From: Nageia nagi
Lineage: Eukaryota > Plantae > Pinophyta
Direction: 5' to 3'
NCBI GenBank assembly: GCA_050084985.1
Contig: JBITNC010000001.1
Span: forward strand, 53,754,001 to 53,818,000
Length of the DNA stretch: 64,000 nucleotides
The notes under the pieces are model-generated. The model saw only the letters and a program-made list of their open reading frames with translations, was not told the DNA's origin and searched no databases. A program made the translations under genes and the position numbers. Below, piece after piece: positions 27,628 to 41,381 of the stretch (the first letter of the stretch is position 1; each line of letters opens with the position of its first letter).

Positions 27628-29670
27628 TTTTATCTTGGAATGTAAGAGGGATGATAGACCTAGTCGAATGTCATGTAGTTTAGAATGAGTTACAATTGTG
27701 TTCATGCCTTTATGGGTGTCCTAATTTTTCTTTTTCTATAAGAAGTGAAAGCTTCATATTTCACTTTGCAATTTGCATACTCTACAATTTTTCCTACTAT
27801 CCAAATGTATTACACTAACCACCTACATGGCAGTGGGGGAGCTATTATTTTGATTGATATGAAGTAAAAAAAGATAATTTTATTACATTGGATACTAACC
27901 CATATCAACATGCAATCTAGGTTTTGCTCCAAGTAGATGGGGTGTCTTTTGGAATTATTAATATTTATGCCTCCATTGAGGCTCAAGATAGATGTACACT
28001 TTGGAAGTAGTGTAAATTTTCTTTACTCCTTTTGTGTGGTTGATGTATGGGGACTTCAACATGGTTGAGAAATCGATAGATAAGTTGAGTCATAAACCCA
28101 ACAAGTGGACCTCTATAGAATGACATGCTTGGTACATTATGAAAAATAAATTGGATTTTTTCAATCCCAACTCATGTTTATTTGTTGGATATTTTCTTGA
28201 ATACTTATGGTACATGTGATCTAATTTTCAAGTGGGTAAGGCAAGAGTGCTTAAATTTTTTAATCATTCCATGCTATAAGACCAATAAGAGATCTCTTTT
28301 TCCAAAAGAATTCCAATGGCTCCTTTTATGTAAACCATTCCTAGAATGACTACCTCAAATCACCTCCCTATTATGTTCATAGTTATAGCATTTTCTCTCC
28401 CCCAAAGGAAATTTAAATCCCATATTTTTTTTAATATCTCCTTCCTCCAACATAAGCTTCTTTTTTTCAAATCCATCATGTTTAGAATATAGTTCCTCAA
28501 ACCAAAGGAGAAGATGGTTGGATTGAATGGTGGAATCATGCCATATTATACACTACTACTCTTTTGTGCAATATGGGGAAGAAGTTTTCTTAGCTCTATT
28601 ATTTCTCTAACTTAGCTCTTTGTGAGGAGATATCCAGAGCCTCTTTGTAGTTGGAATCTAACCCCTTTGATGAAAGCATTCAATCCCACTTGGCTCTGAC
28701 TCAGCATGAGCTTAAATTTCATAAATGTGTGAAGCTAAAGGTCCATAACTGAAAGCTCACTTGCATTGGCTTAAGACTGGGGATAGAGTTTCTAAAGAAT
28801 TTTTTCAATACCTTTGACCCTATTAACATTCCACTCAATTTCAAGCCATTAAATATAATGGGGTTTGACTTACTTATTTACCTGATATTACTAATGCTTT
28901 CACTCAACATTACACTTAGGATTTTTCTTCTCAACAACCTTCTCTAGAAAGAGAACATGCCCTTCATATTTATAAAGATATGGTTCCTATTCAACTTTTA
29001 GAGGAATATCAAAGGGATTGTGATTCTCTTTTAACCCTAAATATCTCAAGAATACTATGTCTCATATGATAAATTCTAAATCTCCCAGCTTGGATGGTTT
29101 TCCTTGTTAATTTTATAAATCTTGTTAGGGAGTTATTGTAATCATCTTCTTCTTATTTATAAGGAATCCCTCTAGAAAGGCTCTTTGGGTCCCTAATCAA
29201 TAAAGACAATATCAAGTTCATGCCATACCCTGAGCTGATTACCAATTGGCATCCCATTACCCTTATTAATGTTAGTTACAAGATCATTACCAAGGCTTTA
29301 ACCTTAAAACTAAGACCCATCCTCTCCAAAGTTATTAGACTAGAGAATATTGGCTTCATTCAAGGGAGATACATTCTATACAATGTTTTTGGCAGTTTGG
29401 GAAGGTATGGAATGGGTCAAGATTTCCAACCAATGAACCCTTTTCATTAAAATTAATTTCAAAAAAGCATATGAAATAATTGAGTGGGTTTTCATTTTCA
29501 CAATTTTAAAAATCATTGTTTTGGGCCTCTCTATCTCTTTTGTTTGTATGTTGTTTCAATATTCCTTAGATGTTCTTTCTCTTAATAAATTTCAAACTGA
29601 AGCAATTGGGATTCATAGACCAGTTAGATAGGGATGTTCTCTAGCCCCTTCCTTGTATACCATAACACAC
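27620..29670 (+). mobile_element. L1/LINE ORF2 remnant (APE endonuclease and RT), 3' truncated
   Basis: Motifs: SWNVRG (~27633); NIYAS; GDFNMVE; SP.LDGFP; NWHPITLINVSYKII; GFIQGRYI; VR*GCSLAPSLY. Confidence 0.88.
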
Positions 29671-29689
29671 ATGGTTGGGTAGTAGACTC

Positions 29690-31620
29690 AACATGGGATA
29701 TTTGAAAGTTCTTGGTGTACTACATTCATGCATTTTTCATATGAAGAAATGTGATAAAAAAGTGAATAATATGTTTTGTTTTGTTACTCTGAATAAATTA
29801 AAGCATATAGATTTTATAACCCCAATCAAAACGTATATTATACCACATGATGTAAAATTTGACAAAAGGGATGTATGGAAGGTGTGCAATCTGATAAAGG
29901 AACAAGTGTATAATCATTTTAATACATTAACACTTCTTGAAATAACATTAGTTCCATTGCTAATAACCTAACATCATCTCCAATAACTCCAAATGCAAGT
30001 ATAAGTTCAACATCAACTCCAAGTAATGTAAAAATTATAGGTGAAATTTATCAAAGAATTGTCAAACAAAAGAGTATAAATCAATTTGTTAATTCAATAT
30101 CATTTTCTCAAATTCATATTGAACCTATGTGTTATGATGTTATAAAGCATACAATTTAGAATGATGCAATGGAAGATAAAACAATGGTAACTGTAAAGAA
30201 TGAAACTTGGGTGTTGGTTGAAATTCCAAAATATAAGGAAGTGATAAGAGTAGAATGCATATATAAAAATAAGTAAAAAATTGACAACACCATTGAAACA
30301 CACAAGGCAAGGCTTACTATCATGGAAATTTCTTAAAGGTATATGGAATAGACTACAAAGATACATTATCACTATTTGGTCAATAAGATATAATTAGAAT
30401 AGTTTTAGCTCTAGAAAATCATCATAAGTGACCAATCCAACAATTGAATATAAATTTAATATCCTTAAATATTTCATGTTGTAGGAAATGTATGTTCAAT
30501 GCCCACATAGGTTCGTAATAAAAAGGAAAATAATATCATGTTTATAAATTATTATATGGTTTCAAACAAGCTACTAGACCTTAGTATCTAAGAATTGGTA
30601 ATCATTTCCAACAATGTGGGTTTACTAGAAGACAATGTAAACCAATATGATATATGCAAAATTATACTCATAAAATTTTGATTATTTATCTTTATGTTGA
30701 TGACTTGATTTTCATAGGTAGCAATTCCAACACAATAGATGAAGTCAAAGCAAGGAATGATGAAAGAAATTGAGATTATCGATTCAAGTATAATGTTTTA
30801 TTTTCTTAGCATGGAGGTATATCAATTTATTATTCATATCTTCATTTGTCGAAGCAAAGTATGCCTAGGATATATTAAGAATATTCAAAATAGATAAGTG
30901 TAAGAAGGTGGCAACCCTAGTGGCACAAGACAAAATGATACACGACCAAGATGAAAGAAATAATATTGATAAGATTTTATTTTTACAAATTGGTATATAG
31001 TAGATGTATCTTACTACTATTAGGCATAATATTACTTTTATTGTGAGTTTTATTTTTTGATTCATGGAAAAACCTCATAGCAATCATATGAAAGCAATGA
31101 AAATTATAGATACTTTGTTGTATCAAATACATACTAGATTATGACATTTACTATATAATAACTAAAAGTTTGGAGTTAGCTAAAAAAAGAATTATTTAGA
31201 TTGGTTCAATTCAAGAGATGAATAGAAGTCAACTTTGAGATATTATTTTCATCAAAGAAGCAATAATTATTTCTCTTTCTATAATAGAAGCAAAGTATAT
31301 GGTAGCAACTTCAACATATTTTCAAGTATTTTGGTTATGAATAATGTTGGAATATTTATAGAAAGTCAATTCTCTTAATAGTATGCATTGTGATAGCTCT
31401 AGTATTATTCAAATAATCAATAATCTTATCAATCATGTATGAATGAACTATATGGATATTAGACATCATTTCATTAGAGTTTTGATTTAACAAGGAATAT
31501 ATAGTTCTATATAACATAGAATCAATTGGTAGATAATTTATGGAATCTTTTCTTGGATATAATTTGACTTATTACAATGATAGTTAGGATCGAGATCATT
31601 TTATATTATGGGGAATAATA
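29690..31620 (+). mobile_element. Ty1/copia remnant (integrase tail, RT, RNase H, PPT), highly decayed
   Basis: Motifs: NETWVLVEIP; YGFKQATR; LYVDDLIFIG; MDIRHHFIR. A GGGGAA tract lies at ~31609. Confidence 0.85.
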
Positions 31621-31785
31621 TTAGCAATTGTAATATTTTAATCATCCAATTAGTAACATTTCTAAATATAAATTATAATAAATTATAGATAATAATATTT
31701 AGTAAAATTTTATATTATCGAGAAGAATATTAGCAATTGTAATATTTTAATCATGCATTTAAGTAACATCTATAAATATAAATAA
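31598..31785. repeat. Direct duplication (~108 bp period) of the copia PPT/LTR-start junction
   Basis: ttttatattat.g.gaa.aatattagcaattgtaatattttaatcat.ca.t.agtaacat occurs twice. Confidence 0.75.
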
Positions 31786-33129
31786 CAAGTGAATTTATTT
31801 TTATATAATCAAATTATAGATGATATATCTTTACATATTAGAATATTATATGAGTTGTAGCTTAGTATGTACCAATGCAAGTTTAGTAGTGTTATAAAAG
31901 CTAAAGTAAAGGTCCTCCAACAAAGGAATTTATGTAAGGAAGAATTTATGAATAAAGTTTTACTATTATGCAACCCATTTTTTATTATTTATTTTTTTAA
32001 AACATATTATATTACATTAATATAAAAACTATTTCATAAAAAAATAATATGGGTGGAATAATTATACCTCCAAAAATCTATATAAAGTCCATATAGCCAT
32101 CACGACATGCCATCAACATACAAAAGTTAGAAAGTAATTATCATAAGCATAAATAAATAAATAAGTAAATTAATTCAAATGAATCAATGCATCTCGATCA
32201 TAATCATTGACAACCCTGGAGAATCATCTCCCTAACCAAATTTTGTTATTTTATTTTTTGCCTTAACAATCCTAATATAAGTGGTGGCATGATTATCAAA
32301 TTCACCATCCCATACCAAATGCAATATCCAAGGTCTTAACTAATACAATACACTTAGTGTAATTCATGGCGACAAGAAAACCAAGCAAAGCCTGAGAACT
32401 TTATTATGGATAAGCTTATAGATCCATAACATGTTATACATGAGGATGGGGTGGTGATAGACATTACTTGCATGGTGTATACTAATCATACTACCATTAG
32501 TAGTAGCAACTAGGAGATCTAGACCTCTCAAGAGAATCGAACTCACTATGTACTATGCATTTCCCCAATGATATAGGAGGGTTTACAAGTGTGCCACTTG
32601 CATAGTAACTTTATTTTCTTAATAATGCTAAAAGTAAGAGTAGCATAACCTAGTGAGAAAAAAATATTATTACATGCTTTTAAAGAAGAAAAATAATCCA
32701 ACATGAAATTAGTTCCAAATATTGACATGGAAGGTGGGAAGATGAGGAGAGTCTCCAAGAAGAATTTGTTTCTATGATAAACATTGAATTTTAAAGGATG
32801 CAAAAAAAGGAGAAAATTCAATTCCATTCATATTATTCTTTGATGCAAAACTAGAGAGTATGAATAATATTCTCTTATAAGTGGTAATGGAGATAAAGAG
32901 GATTAGGGATTGCCTAAATGTTTGAGTCAAGTTGCCTAAAGGCAAATACTTAAAAAGAATTAGTCAAGTGGTCGCAACTTTGTTGGGTTCTAGATAGGGA
33001 TCCTAGATAGTTTCAAAGCACATAATTAAAACTTGAACAAATGAGTGAATGTTCCATCTTTTATTTAGCATGTTAAGAATGGGAATATAGGGAGAGAGCC
33101 ATGAATAGCTTAATTAAATGAAAAGATTG

Positions 33130-33600
33130 TAAAAAATGACTATTTTAAAAAGTGTAACAAAGGTGAATATAATCAAAACATATTTTAAGTTTTTTGCAAG
33201 GAGCAAGGTATTTTAATGCTTAATCACCATATTTAGATAGATTTACTAAGCAGTGAATAATAAATTAGCAAGGATGGCATGAGCATAATTATATTAAAGG
33301 AATTGGAATTCAAATTTTGATTTGAAGCAATAAATAAACCCATGGATTTGCAAAATAGATCACTAGTATCATCCTTAATTGGGAAAAACCCTTATAAAGT
33401 TTGGTATGGCTTTAAGCCAATAATCAAATATTTGATCATTTTTGTTATATCTTAATTATATATGATTATAAATAATTCAAATGCTAAAATTAAAAATTAT
33501 ATATTAGTGGATACTATGATGAAGATAAAGGATATTGATTACTTGAATATAAGATCAAAAATTAAATGGTAAGTAAAAACATTATATTTTTTGAAACAAC
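33130..33600 (+). mobile_element. Ty1/copia integrase remnant
   Basis: Reads NKGEY...FCKEQGI; F*FEAIN; LQNRS; GKNPYKVWYGFKP; LVDTM/GY. Confidence 0.65.
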
Positions 33601-35940
33601 ACCTTTGGATGTTGATCAAATTAGAAATAAGATAGGAAGAATAAAGAAACAAAAATAAGATAAAGAAAATACAATATACAAACAAATATTTTATCCATTT
33701 CTTTGAAATGAAATTATGCATAAGGATAATGTTTTTAACACAAGAAGTTTATTAACATGAAGAAAATGCTCCACCTTAACATACAATTCAGATATACTGT
33801 ATAATCCTCTCAAATAACTCGACTCTCTTAGGATTTAATGGAAAAAATCAAAATATTCATCACTTGTCTCTCTTTGCTTTATGGATGTAAGCTATAGGGA
33901 CCTAATTTGAGACACTATCGTTAGTCTCGTATTGAAAGGTTTTAGTCAATATGGTCTCAAGATTCATTCGAACCAAAACATTTATCCTCATTCATTATCC
34001 TAGTTGAATTTTATGCATATCCCTATGGCTCTTAGAATATTCCAATTATAATTCTACTTAATATAATTCATCATATGATATCAAAAACTCATAACTCGAA
34101 GAGATTCCCTCTCTTAGCTCTTAAATCCTTAAATGCAACTTGCAAGTAAAGGAATTCGTTGGTGTTAACACTCATAGGCTACTTCTCTCATGTGATTCAT
34201 AGGACTAGATATCAAGAAACTTTGTCCCTCTAAACTCTCAAACATGACCTCTAATCCACATATTAGAGATACTAATAAAAGAATCGGGAAAGAAATATAC
34301 TCAACTTAATTGAGGTCAACTTGGATTGAACTAAAAAAATCACTTTCATAAAACTCTTACATTATCTTCAAGTTTAAATGAGATTGTAGAATGATATTAT
34401 TATCATCCATAATTATAATAAACTACACATATCACATGGTCTAATATTCCCTCTTAGTTAGATAAAGGTTTGTTACACCATATTTTTATTGAGTTAAACC
34501 ACCACATCCTTAGATACCAATGTATATGTAGATTATGCAATATGGAACCAAAGTTTGAGGGGCATTTCATATTCATTTATCCCATGTACTATGAAATTTG
34601 AGATCAATCCATTGCTTATTCAAAGGTTGCCCATATTTTGAAATCATGAATAAATTAAAAAATCAAAAATGCATCACACTATATATCTAAGAAGCCATCC
34701 ACCTCAAATATAGCTTAAACATTGGTAGATATTGTAGCATAACCAAATCCAAATTATCATGTCTTTTTTCAATTGTGATAAGCTATGAATTGAAAGTATA
34801 ATATGACTCCTAAACCCTTATAAGGACTACTCATCGATGCATTACTACTAAACCCACTACAATTACTCCCTCTTATTGAAAAATCATGAGCTTTTCAACC
34901 TTGAATATTGGGAGAGCTCCTTGATTATTTATATCTAGACTTTTATTGTTTCAATTTGACCTATTGGATTTGGCACTATAAAGACCCCTTGTTGGTTTTT
35001 TTCTCTATTTACTTCTCACTCTTACACATTGGAATCCTTTTAAGCACTCCCTTATTCTTCTTATAAGTAATTTTGTATAGTCCCATGACCTTTTTTTTAT
35101 CACACATGGACATTGATATCAAAATTTTAAATTCCATCCTCCTCCAAATTCTCATTGATAATTAAAAATATATGAGGTTTGACTATTTAATAAGAAAATG
35201 AACTCAATTAGATAGAGTTTAGAGGAAAAAATGAATAGATGTAAAAGGTTAAAAATAAAATTAAAAAAAGCCATCAATCATGTTTTATGGCTAATGTCTC
35301 TAATAAACTCCATCATTTTATTGATCATGCAAAGGTGAAAGAATGATAAGATATATTATAAATAAATATAATATCATCATAACAAATTGCACATGGCACT
35401 AGACCAAAAATGCCCTTTGTACTTTCAAAGGGTTTTAAACCCGCCATTAAAAGTACTTTTGGAGGGGGTTTATACTTACCACCAAATATCTGCTATTTAC
35501 TATATGTATATATAGACTCAAATAATTATAGACCTATGCAGACATTTTATATAGAGTCATCATATTGAACTATTTTTCAAGACTCCTGTATAATTGCAAA
35601 GTGAGGAGAAGGAGAGGGAGGTGAAGAATCATGAAAGGAGAAAGAATTTAAGGATTTCTCATTAAAAGTAGTTCAATAAGATGAATCTATAGTAATAAAA
35701 ATAAGGCTTTCACAAATATTGCATCAATATGCAAAGCAATTACATTCACTTGATAATTATGATATCAACAATCAACAATATTATCTATTTGTAGAAATAT
35801 TTAATATCAAATATTTTTGAAAATATGAAATAAAACCAAGTTTACATGAATTATATAATAAAGTGGATTTTTGAAATCCTTATAGATCAAACTTTTCACT
35901 TATATTATTAAGAAATTCCAATAAATAAATCTAGATAATA

Positions 35941-36150
35941 ATCAATCCAAGTACATTTAGGTGTCTTCTTGATTCCTCCATCTTTCATCGATGTTCTTAC
36001 TCATTAAACATCATCCCAACTACCCACTTAAGCATAAATAATTGAAAAAAGAACATAATATGGAGTATATTTAGGCTTCAACAAAAAAAAGATTATTACC
36101 ACTAATTCCCCTATTCCTACATAATTATGTGATGTACAAGTACCAAGAAA
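35941..36150 (-). pseudogene. PPR E1/E2 domain fragment, copy 1
   Basis: Reads FLGTCTSHNYVGIGELV...LKPKYTPYYVLFSIIYA*VGSWDDV**VRTSMKDGGIKKTPKCTWID. Confidence 0.88.
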
Positions 36151-36862
36151 ATATCTTTCCCATGGAATTCCTTGATATATCTTCCATGTCAAGCTTGCTT
36201 GGTAGAAGTATCTTGAGAATTTATTTGTAAGAAATATAATTATGTAAGATTAATTTGAGCTTTTATTGAATATGCCATGCACATAAACAATCAACATAAT
36301 AGACATTGATGAAAGAAAAGCCACAAGTAATATTTGTTGTAACAAGCTACACACCTCATCATCCTCATAGTCCTTATCAATAAAATCACCTCTCCCATGT
36401 CCATCAAAAAGTTCATCATAGTCAAGTCACTCATATCATCACATACTCCATATTTAAATGTTATCGTTCAATTCTTTTTTGTGTCATCAATATGAATATG
36501 ATTCCCACAAACATGTCACAATAAAAATATTAGAATATGTTCATTTACAAATAAAAGTAAACCCACTAAACAATAACCCAAAAATTCATAAGGACATTAT
36601 TATAACAATGGCTTCCACACTTTTTCACATATCCTATTTCATTTAGCTGGAAAATAAGCAAACAAGATCTTTTAGTTAAATGGGAAAAAAATATTGTTAA
36701 ATATAACATTTCACCAAAAGTAACAAACCATACATCTACTTTTCTAGATATCATACTCAGCTCTAAATGATTATTTATTTAATACATGTAATAAATAATA
36801 TATGAATAACCCTTCAGCATAAACATACAAATAAGATACAAATCATACACCTAGTTTTCTAG

Positions 36863-37070
36863 ATCCCAGTTACCCACTTCAGTATAAAAACTTGAAAGAA
36901 GAACATAAGATGGAGCATATTTAGGCTCCAACAAAAAAAGAATTATTGCCACAAATTTCCCTACTCTTATGTGCTCTAAAAGCACCAAACAGATGCATCC
37001 ACACATCTAATTCAGGTTTTATGGGTATCTTGGCATTGAAAATTAAAGCTTCCTCGAGATAGCTTGCACA
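36863..37070 (-). pseudogene. PPR S2/E1/E2 fragment, copy 2
   Basis: Reads ASYLEEALIFNAKIPIKPELDVWMHLFGAFRAHK...VGKFVAIILFLLEPKYAPSYVLLSSFYTEVGNWD. Confidence 0.9.
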
Positions 37071-37403
37071 AAAACCAAATTTACATGAATCATATAATAA
37101 AATTAATTTTTGAATGCCTTATAAACTAGGCTTTTCACTTCTATCTTTAAAGAATTCTAATAATGAAATTTGGACAATAATTTTTTGTAGTTAAATATAC
37201 AAAATACGGTCTAATTCCATCAAGAATATACATAAGTAGTTATGTTCACTTCATAATATGATGTCAACAGTCAACAACATTATCTATTTATTTGAATATT
37301 TAATAACACTTTTTTTAAAATGAAATAAAATATAGTTACCTTTCTACTTAAAAGCATGCACCATGTCATTGTGAAAGACTCTTAGATCTTGCATTACTTT
37401 GTA

Positions 37404-37435
37404 TCAGTGATAATCTCCAAAAGAACATTCTCTTA
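37404..37435 (-). pseudogene. DYW-domain terminal fragment
   Basis: Reads ECSFGDYH*, followed by the same downstream sequence as the copy at 53763. Confidence 0.65.
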
Positions 37436-37639
37436 CATCAATGTACATAGTGAGTTTCATTCACTTGACACTATGTTGTCAGTAATCAACAACATTGTTT
37501 GTTTGTATATATATTTAATAATAACACCTTTAGAAAAAATGAAATGAAACATGGTTTTCTTTCTACTTGAAAGCATGCACCATGTCATTGTGCAACTTTA
37601 GATCTTGCATAATTACTTTGCATCATCAATCCATAAAAA

Positions 37640-38300
37640 GGGTTGTCCCATGGCTCTCCCAAGCTCGGATCTTCCACGCTTGAACTCAAGTGCTTGCAAA
37701 GATTTCTCAAACAACAATGTGGATAAGACATAATAAAATTTCATCAAGAAGAAAACTCTTTACTTAGTGACATAAAAACTTACAAAAGAAATCAATGCGA
37801 TCTATTTTCATATCTACGCAGATGACACTCTCTTTCCTCTTCATGCAAATTGCCACCTTTACACTAAGCAATCTTCACCAAGATAAAGAGAAAGTAACTC
37901 CTTTGAGATCCTTCTATATAGAATGGTCAGGCTCAAATATTCATCACCACCTCCTCCTGAGAATGACATGGGGTGCATCTTATTATCTCCCATGGTACTT
38001 CCTCTTGAAGCCTACATTGTGGATATCTGCCACCTAATGAAATAATCCCCTTAATGGAGTTTTATTACAATTGCCTCTTCATGAGGTCTTAAAGCTCCCC
38101 ACATGGGAGGATATATTAAACTAAGAGATCTTACAAATTTGCCTCTATGAGGACTTTTAATAAAATCTCCCCTCATGGGAGGATCTCCTAAACTAGAGAT
38201 CTTCTACTCCCTATGGGAGGATCCCTATAAGACTAGAGATGTTTTACAAATGCTAAGGGCCTATTATTTATAGCTTCTAAAATAGCGTTTGCACTAATGG
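37640..38300 (-). repeat. LTR-like segment with a TATA box and a short palindromic repeat array
   Basis: Minus strand has GCTATAAATA (~38265-38274) followed by CCCTTAGCATTTGTAAA. Repeated CTCCC-n-GGGAG units occur at 38044-38240. Boundaries were not resolved. Confidence 0.4.
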
Positions 38301-39165
38301 TAGTCTCTTTGGTAGCTCCACCATTATGCAAGGTCAATATTTAAATGGAATTACAAATACTTGACTCCAAAATAATAATATCTCAACTATACCTTGTCTC
38401 TCCCCTAATAAATGGTTTCAAGTGATTATGAACAAATGGCATTTTTTTAATATCCCAAACTATAGACACACCCAATATATTTAAATGTGGTGGCTAAATC
38501 CCACGTACTCTATTTGACCTTCATTGAAAACTCCATGTGCATATTGAAATGGATAAACTCCTTTAAATAGGCAGCTATATAAATGTAACGGTCGATTTTA
38601 ATGTGAAGTAGGCAAGGGAGATCGCCATGTAACCATGTTGTGCAGGTCCACCTCACATATACCATAGAGAAGAGGGGGCGAAATCAAATAAAATAGGTGG
38701 CTATTAAAATAGAAGGGATCGCATTAAAGAAAGGCATATGCACTTAGAAAGAGGGAGGGCAGCCCTGAAGAGATTGGTGACTAATCCTCCAGTCCAATGA
38801 TATTTCCCAACCTTTTGACTGGTGCACGCAGCTCCACCTCGTCATCTGCCATGTCATTCATACGCGAGTCCCGCTTTAGCCCTTGCCGTTAACCTCCACA
38901 CTTCTGACTATGTATCTTGTGATGTGCACATTGCTGACTGGGACGTTGATTCATCCGACTATGCACCTTGTGGGTCCCATTAGAAATATTTTAATTTTTC
39001 CAAAACTTCAAACTTGAATAGCTTCCACAAATGGTGTCTGTTTTGCATGTCGTTCGAATCATTGAAGAGCTGACAAAGAGGTATTGGACATGGGATAGCA
39101 AAATACATCTTCTAAGATACTTCCCAATTTTGAGCTTTTTTATTTATACAAAATTTCATTTTCAA

Positions 39166-39255
39166 TCAATTTTCACAAGAACATTATTCAGGTTTGAAAT
39201 GATAGAATCGGTTTGCATCCCTCACAACAATGCCCTCTCCAACAACAACCTAAAA
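39166..39255 (-). pseudogene. DYW-domain C-terminal fragment
   Basis: Reads VVVGEGIVVRDANRFYHFKPE*CSCEN (consensus REIVVRDANRFHHFK.G.CSCGDYW). Confidence 0.9.
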
Positions 39256-39824
39256 ATATGCCATGGATTTTTTAATAAGAAACTCATTTATGTTACGTGC
39301 CTAGCAGGAAACCAAAATTTACATGAATTATATAATAAAATAGAATTTTGAAAGCTTTATAGATCAAACTTTTCACTTCTATCATTAAAGAATTTCAATA
39401 GTCAAATGTGGACAATAATTTTTAGTACTTAAATATACAAAACATGGTCTGATTCCACCCAAAAAATTATCTTGGTATGCTTATCCATGGACAGTACAAA
39501 ATCTTCATCAACCTAAAGAATTCAAATAATCAAAGCAATGACATGATATTTTTTTAACTAAAGAATTTTATACTTATCATTTCTATCACTAAAGAATTCA
39601 AATTATCAAATTTGGACAATAATTTTTAGCAATTAAATATGGAAAATATGATCTAACTCCATCCAAAAAATTCTTGGTAAATTTTTATCCATGGACATTG
39701 CAAAAATATGCATCAACCTATAAAGAATTTAATCCTAGATGGATAATGCAAATAGAGGCACAAGGTAATATAATGAATCCAAAAAAATGACTACACAAAA
39801 TGATAAAGAAAAGAAAAAGTGCAA

Positions 39825-39866
39825 GAAAAGAATGTACCCTTTTATCAACTTTAATCCAACTACATC
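39825..39866 (-). pseudogene. PPR E2/E+ junction fragment separated from 53122-53360 by the L1 insertion
   Basis: Reads (G)CSWIKVDKRVHSF. Confidence 0.85.
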
Positions 39867-39949
39867 GAAGAGCGAAGATGAACCTAGAATTTGAATTGGC
39901 ATGGGCAAGAAAGGTGTAGAATGGCTATGGCATAGGTTCATAAAGAGGT

Positions 39950-41329
39950 TTGGGCAAGAAAATGAGTATTGGGCAAGGTGCAAGAGCTGATATGGGGGAT
40001 CGAGGATCGAGTTCTAGCAATAGGCAAGAGGAACATTCTCTAAATACCGAACAAAGAACATTTGCACAAGCGGTAAGCGACGTGTTTGCAAAGGAGAACC
40101 CACCTTTGGTAAGTTCTTTCCACATGGTTGTTGAAAATGGAAAGTTGGTCGTACCCCGAAAGTGATTAAATACATGAATAGGGAGGTGTCTTCAAATCTT
40201 GTAGGGAAAGTCTCAGGGTCGTGATCTAACATGGACTCCATTAAACAATGGCCATGGCTAGGTTGAAACCACTTGGAATGATGGATTTATCAATTATGCC
40301 CAATGGGTTTTTTATGATTAAATTTATGGTAGAAGAAGATAAAGAAAGAATTTTAAATAGAGGACCATGGTTACTAGGCAACAGGATGCTATTTATGAGG
40401 ACTTGAGGCCCCAACTTCAACCTAAAAACTCAAAGCATAAACCATGCAGTAATTTGGATCAAGTTACCCCAGTTACCTTTTTACCTTTGGTATGAAGATG
40501 TGCTCAAGGCCATAGGAAATGGAATAGGGAAGTTTGTAGTTATTAATACAGCTACTCACTTGAGGAGTAGATTGGTGAACACACAAATTAGCATCAATAT
40601 TGATTTGGATGACCCGTTAAAGGAATCCTTGGATATCGAGATGGAGTATGGCACTAGGAAATAGATATTCGAGTGTGAAAATCCTTCAATGATATGTGAA
40701 GAATGTAAGAAAAGATGCCACTTATCAAATGCATGTCTGATGAAACATAAGAAGCTATTTCCAAGAAAAGAATGGAGGAAAAGGTCGAGGGAGGATCTGG
40801 AGCAGAATCCAAATAACAATACCTCCAACATGGGGAAATAAGAGAGAGAAGGAGGGTGTAATACTAGTAAAAAGAGGACTACACTAGTAGAAAATGCAAT
40901 GACCTCCAGAGAGCAAGAAATGGTGGTTTGGCAAGAGCGGTGGAAGTGGAAATAGAGAAAGGAGACGAGAATATCTCTAAATCTAATCCAACAAAGATAA
41001 AAGGAGAATATAATCAGGGAATAGGAAATCCAAACGCAAAGGATCCCTTAGCCAATGTGTTGTAGATTAAGGTGGTTCCAACCACTCAATGGGGAGACAT
41101 GAAAGAAAAGGAGGAAGAGATTCAAGAGGAGATAGCTTTGGAGAACCCAAATTATATAGAGGAGGAAGAAGGAGATTGCAAGGATGAGCTCCTTGAGACC
41201 CCTATAAGGAAAACCCATAGCAAAATGAGGGCTTTGGTGGATGTAGGTAAGAAGAAATTTGTGGGAAGACCTTCTCATGCTTCTCAAAGGAAATCTAAGA
41301 TAGAGAAGGTGATGACAAAGGGAACCTAA
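39950..41329 (+). pseudogene. L1 ORF1 (DUF4283/RRM-like region and zinc knuckle), degenerate
   Basis: Motifs: TFAQAV; LVGKV; NGFFMIKF...ILNRGPW; IWIKLPQLP; IGNGIG; CEECKKRCHLSNAC. Confidence 0.88.
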
Positions 41330-41381
41330 TAGTACTAGAGTTAGTATTGTATGGGAAGAAGACTACCCTGAAGGGTGGATA

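Larger units (their letters stand above)
35740..39866 (-). repeat. Modular mosaic repeat containing PPR E-domain and DYW-tail fragments (left part)
   Basis: At least four recurring modules, also present at 53122-54130; see findings. Confidence 0.85.

Noticed and set aside
32030-33000. Coding-like purine-rich tract and short ORFs
   Set aside because: No identifiable domain or termini.
34380-34800. Possible minus-strand gypsy protease-region remnant
   Set aside because: There is only a faint motif resemblance and it is too decayed to support.
37561-37592. Minus-strand NDMVHAF resembling the PPR E+ motif
   Set aside because: In the copies at 37350 and 53708 it lies just downstream of the DYW stop and lacks the preceding WIE, so it is more likely 3' UTR.
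39031-39351. 106-aa plus-strand ORF
   Set aside because: It is antisense to the DYW fragment and repeat modules, with no independent coding signal.
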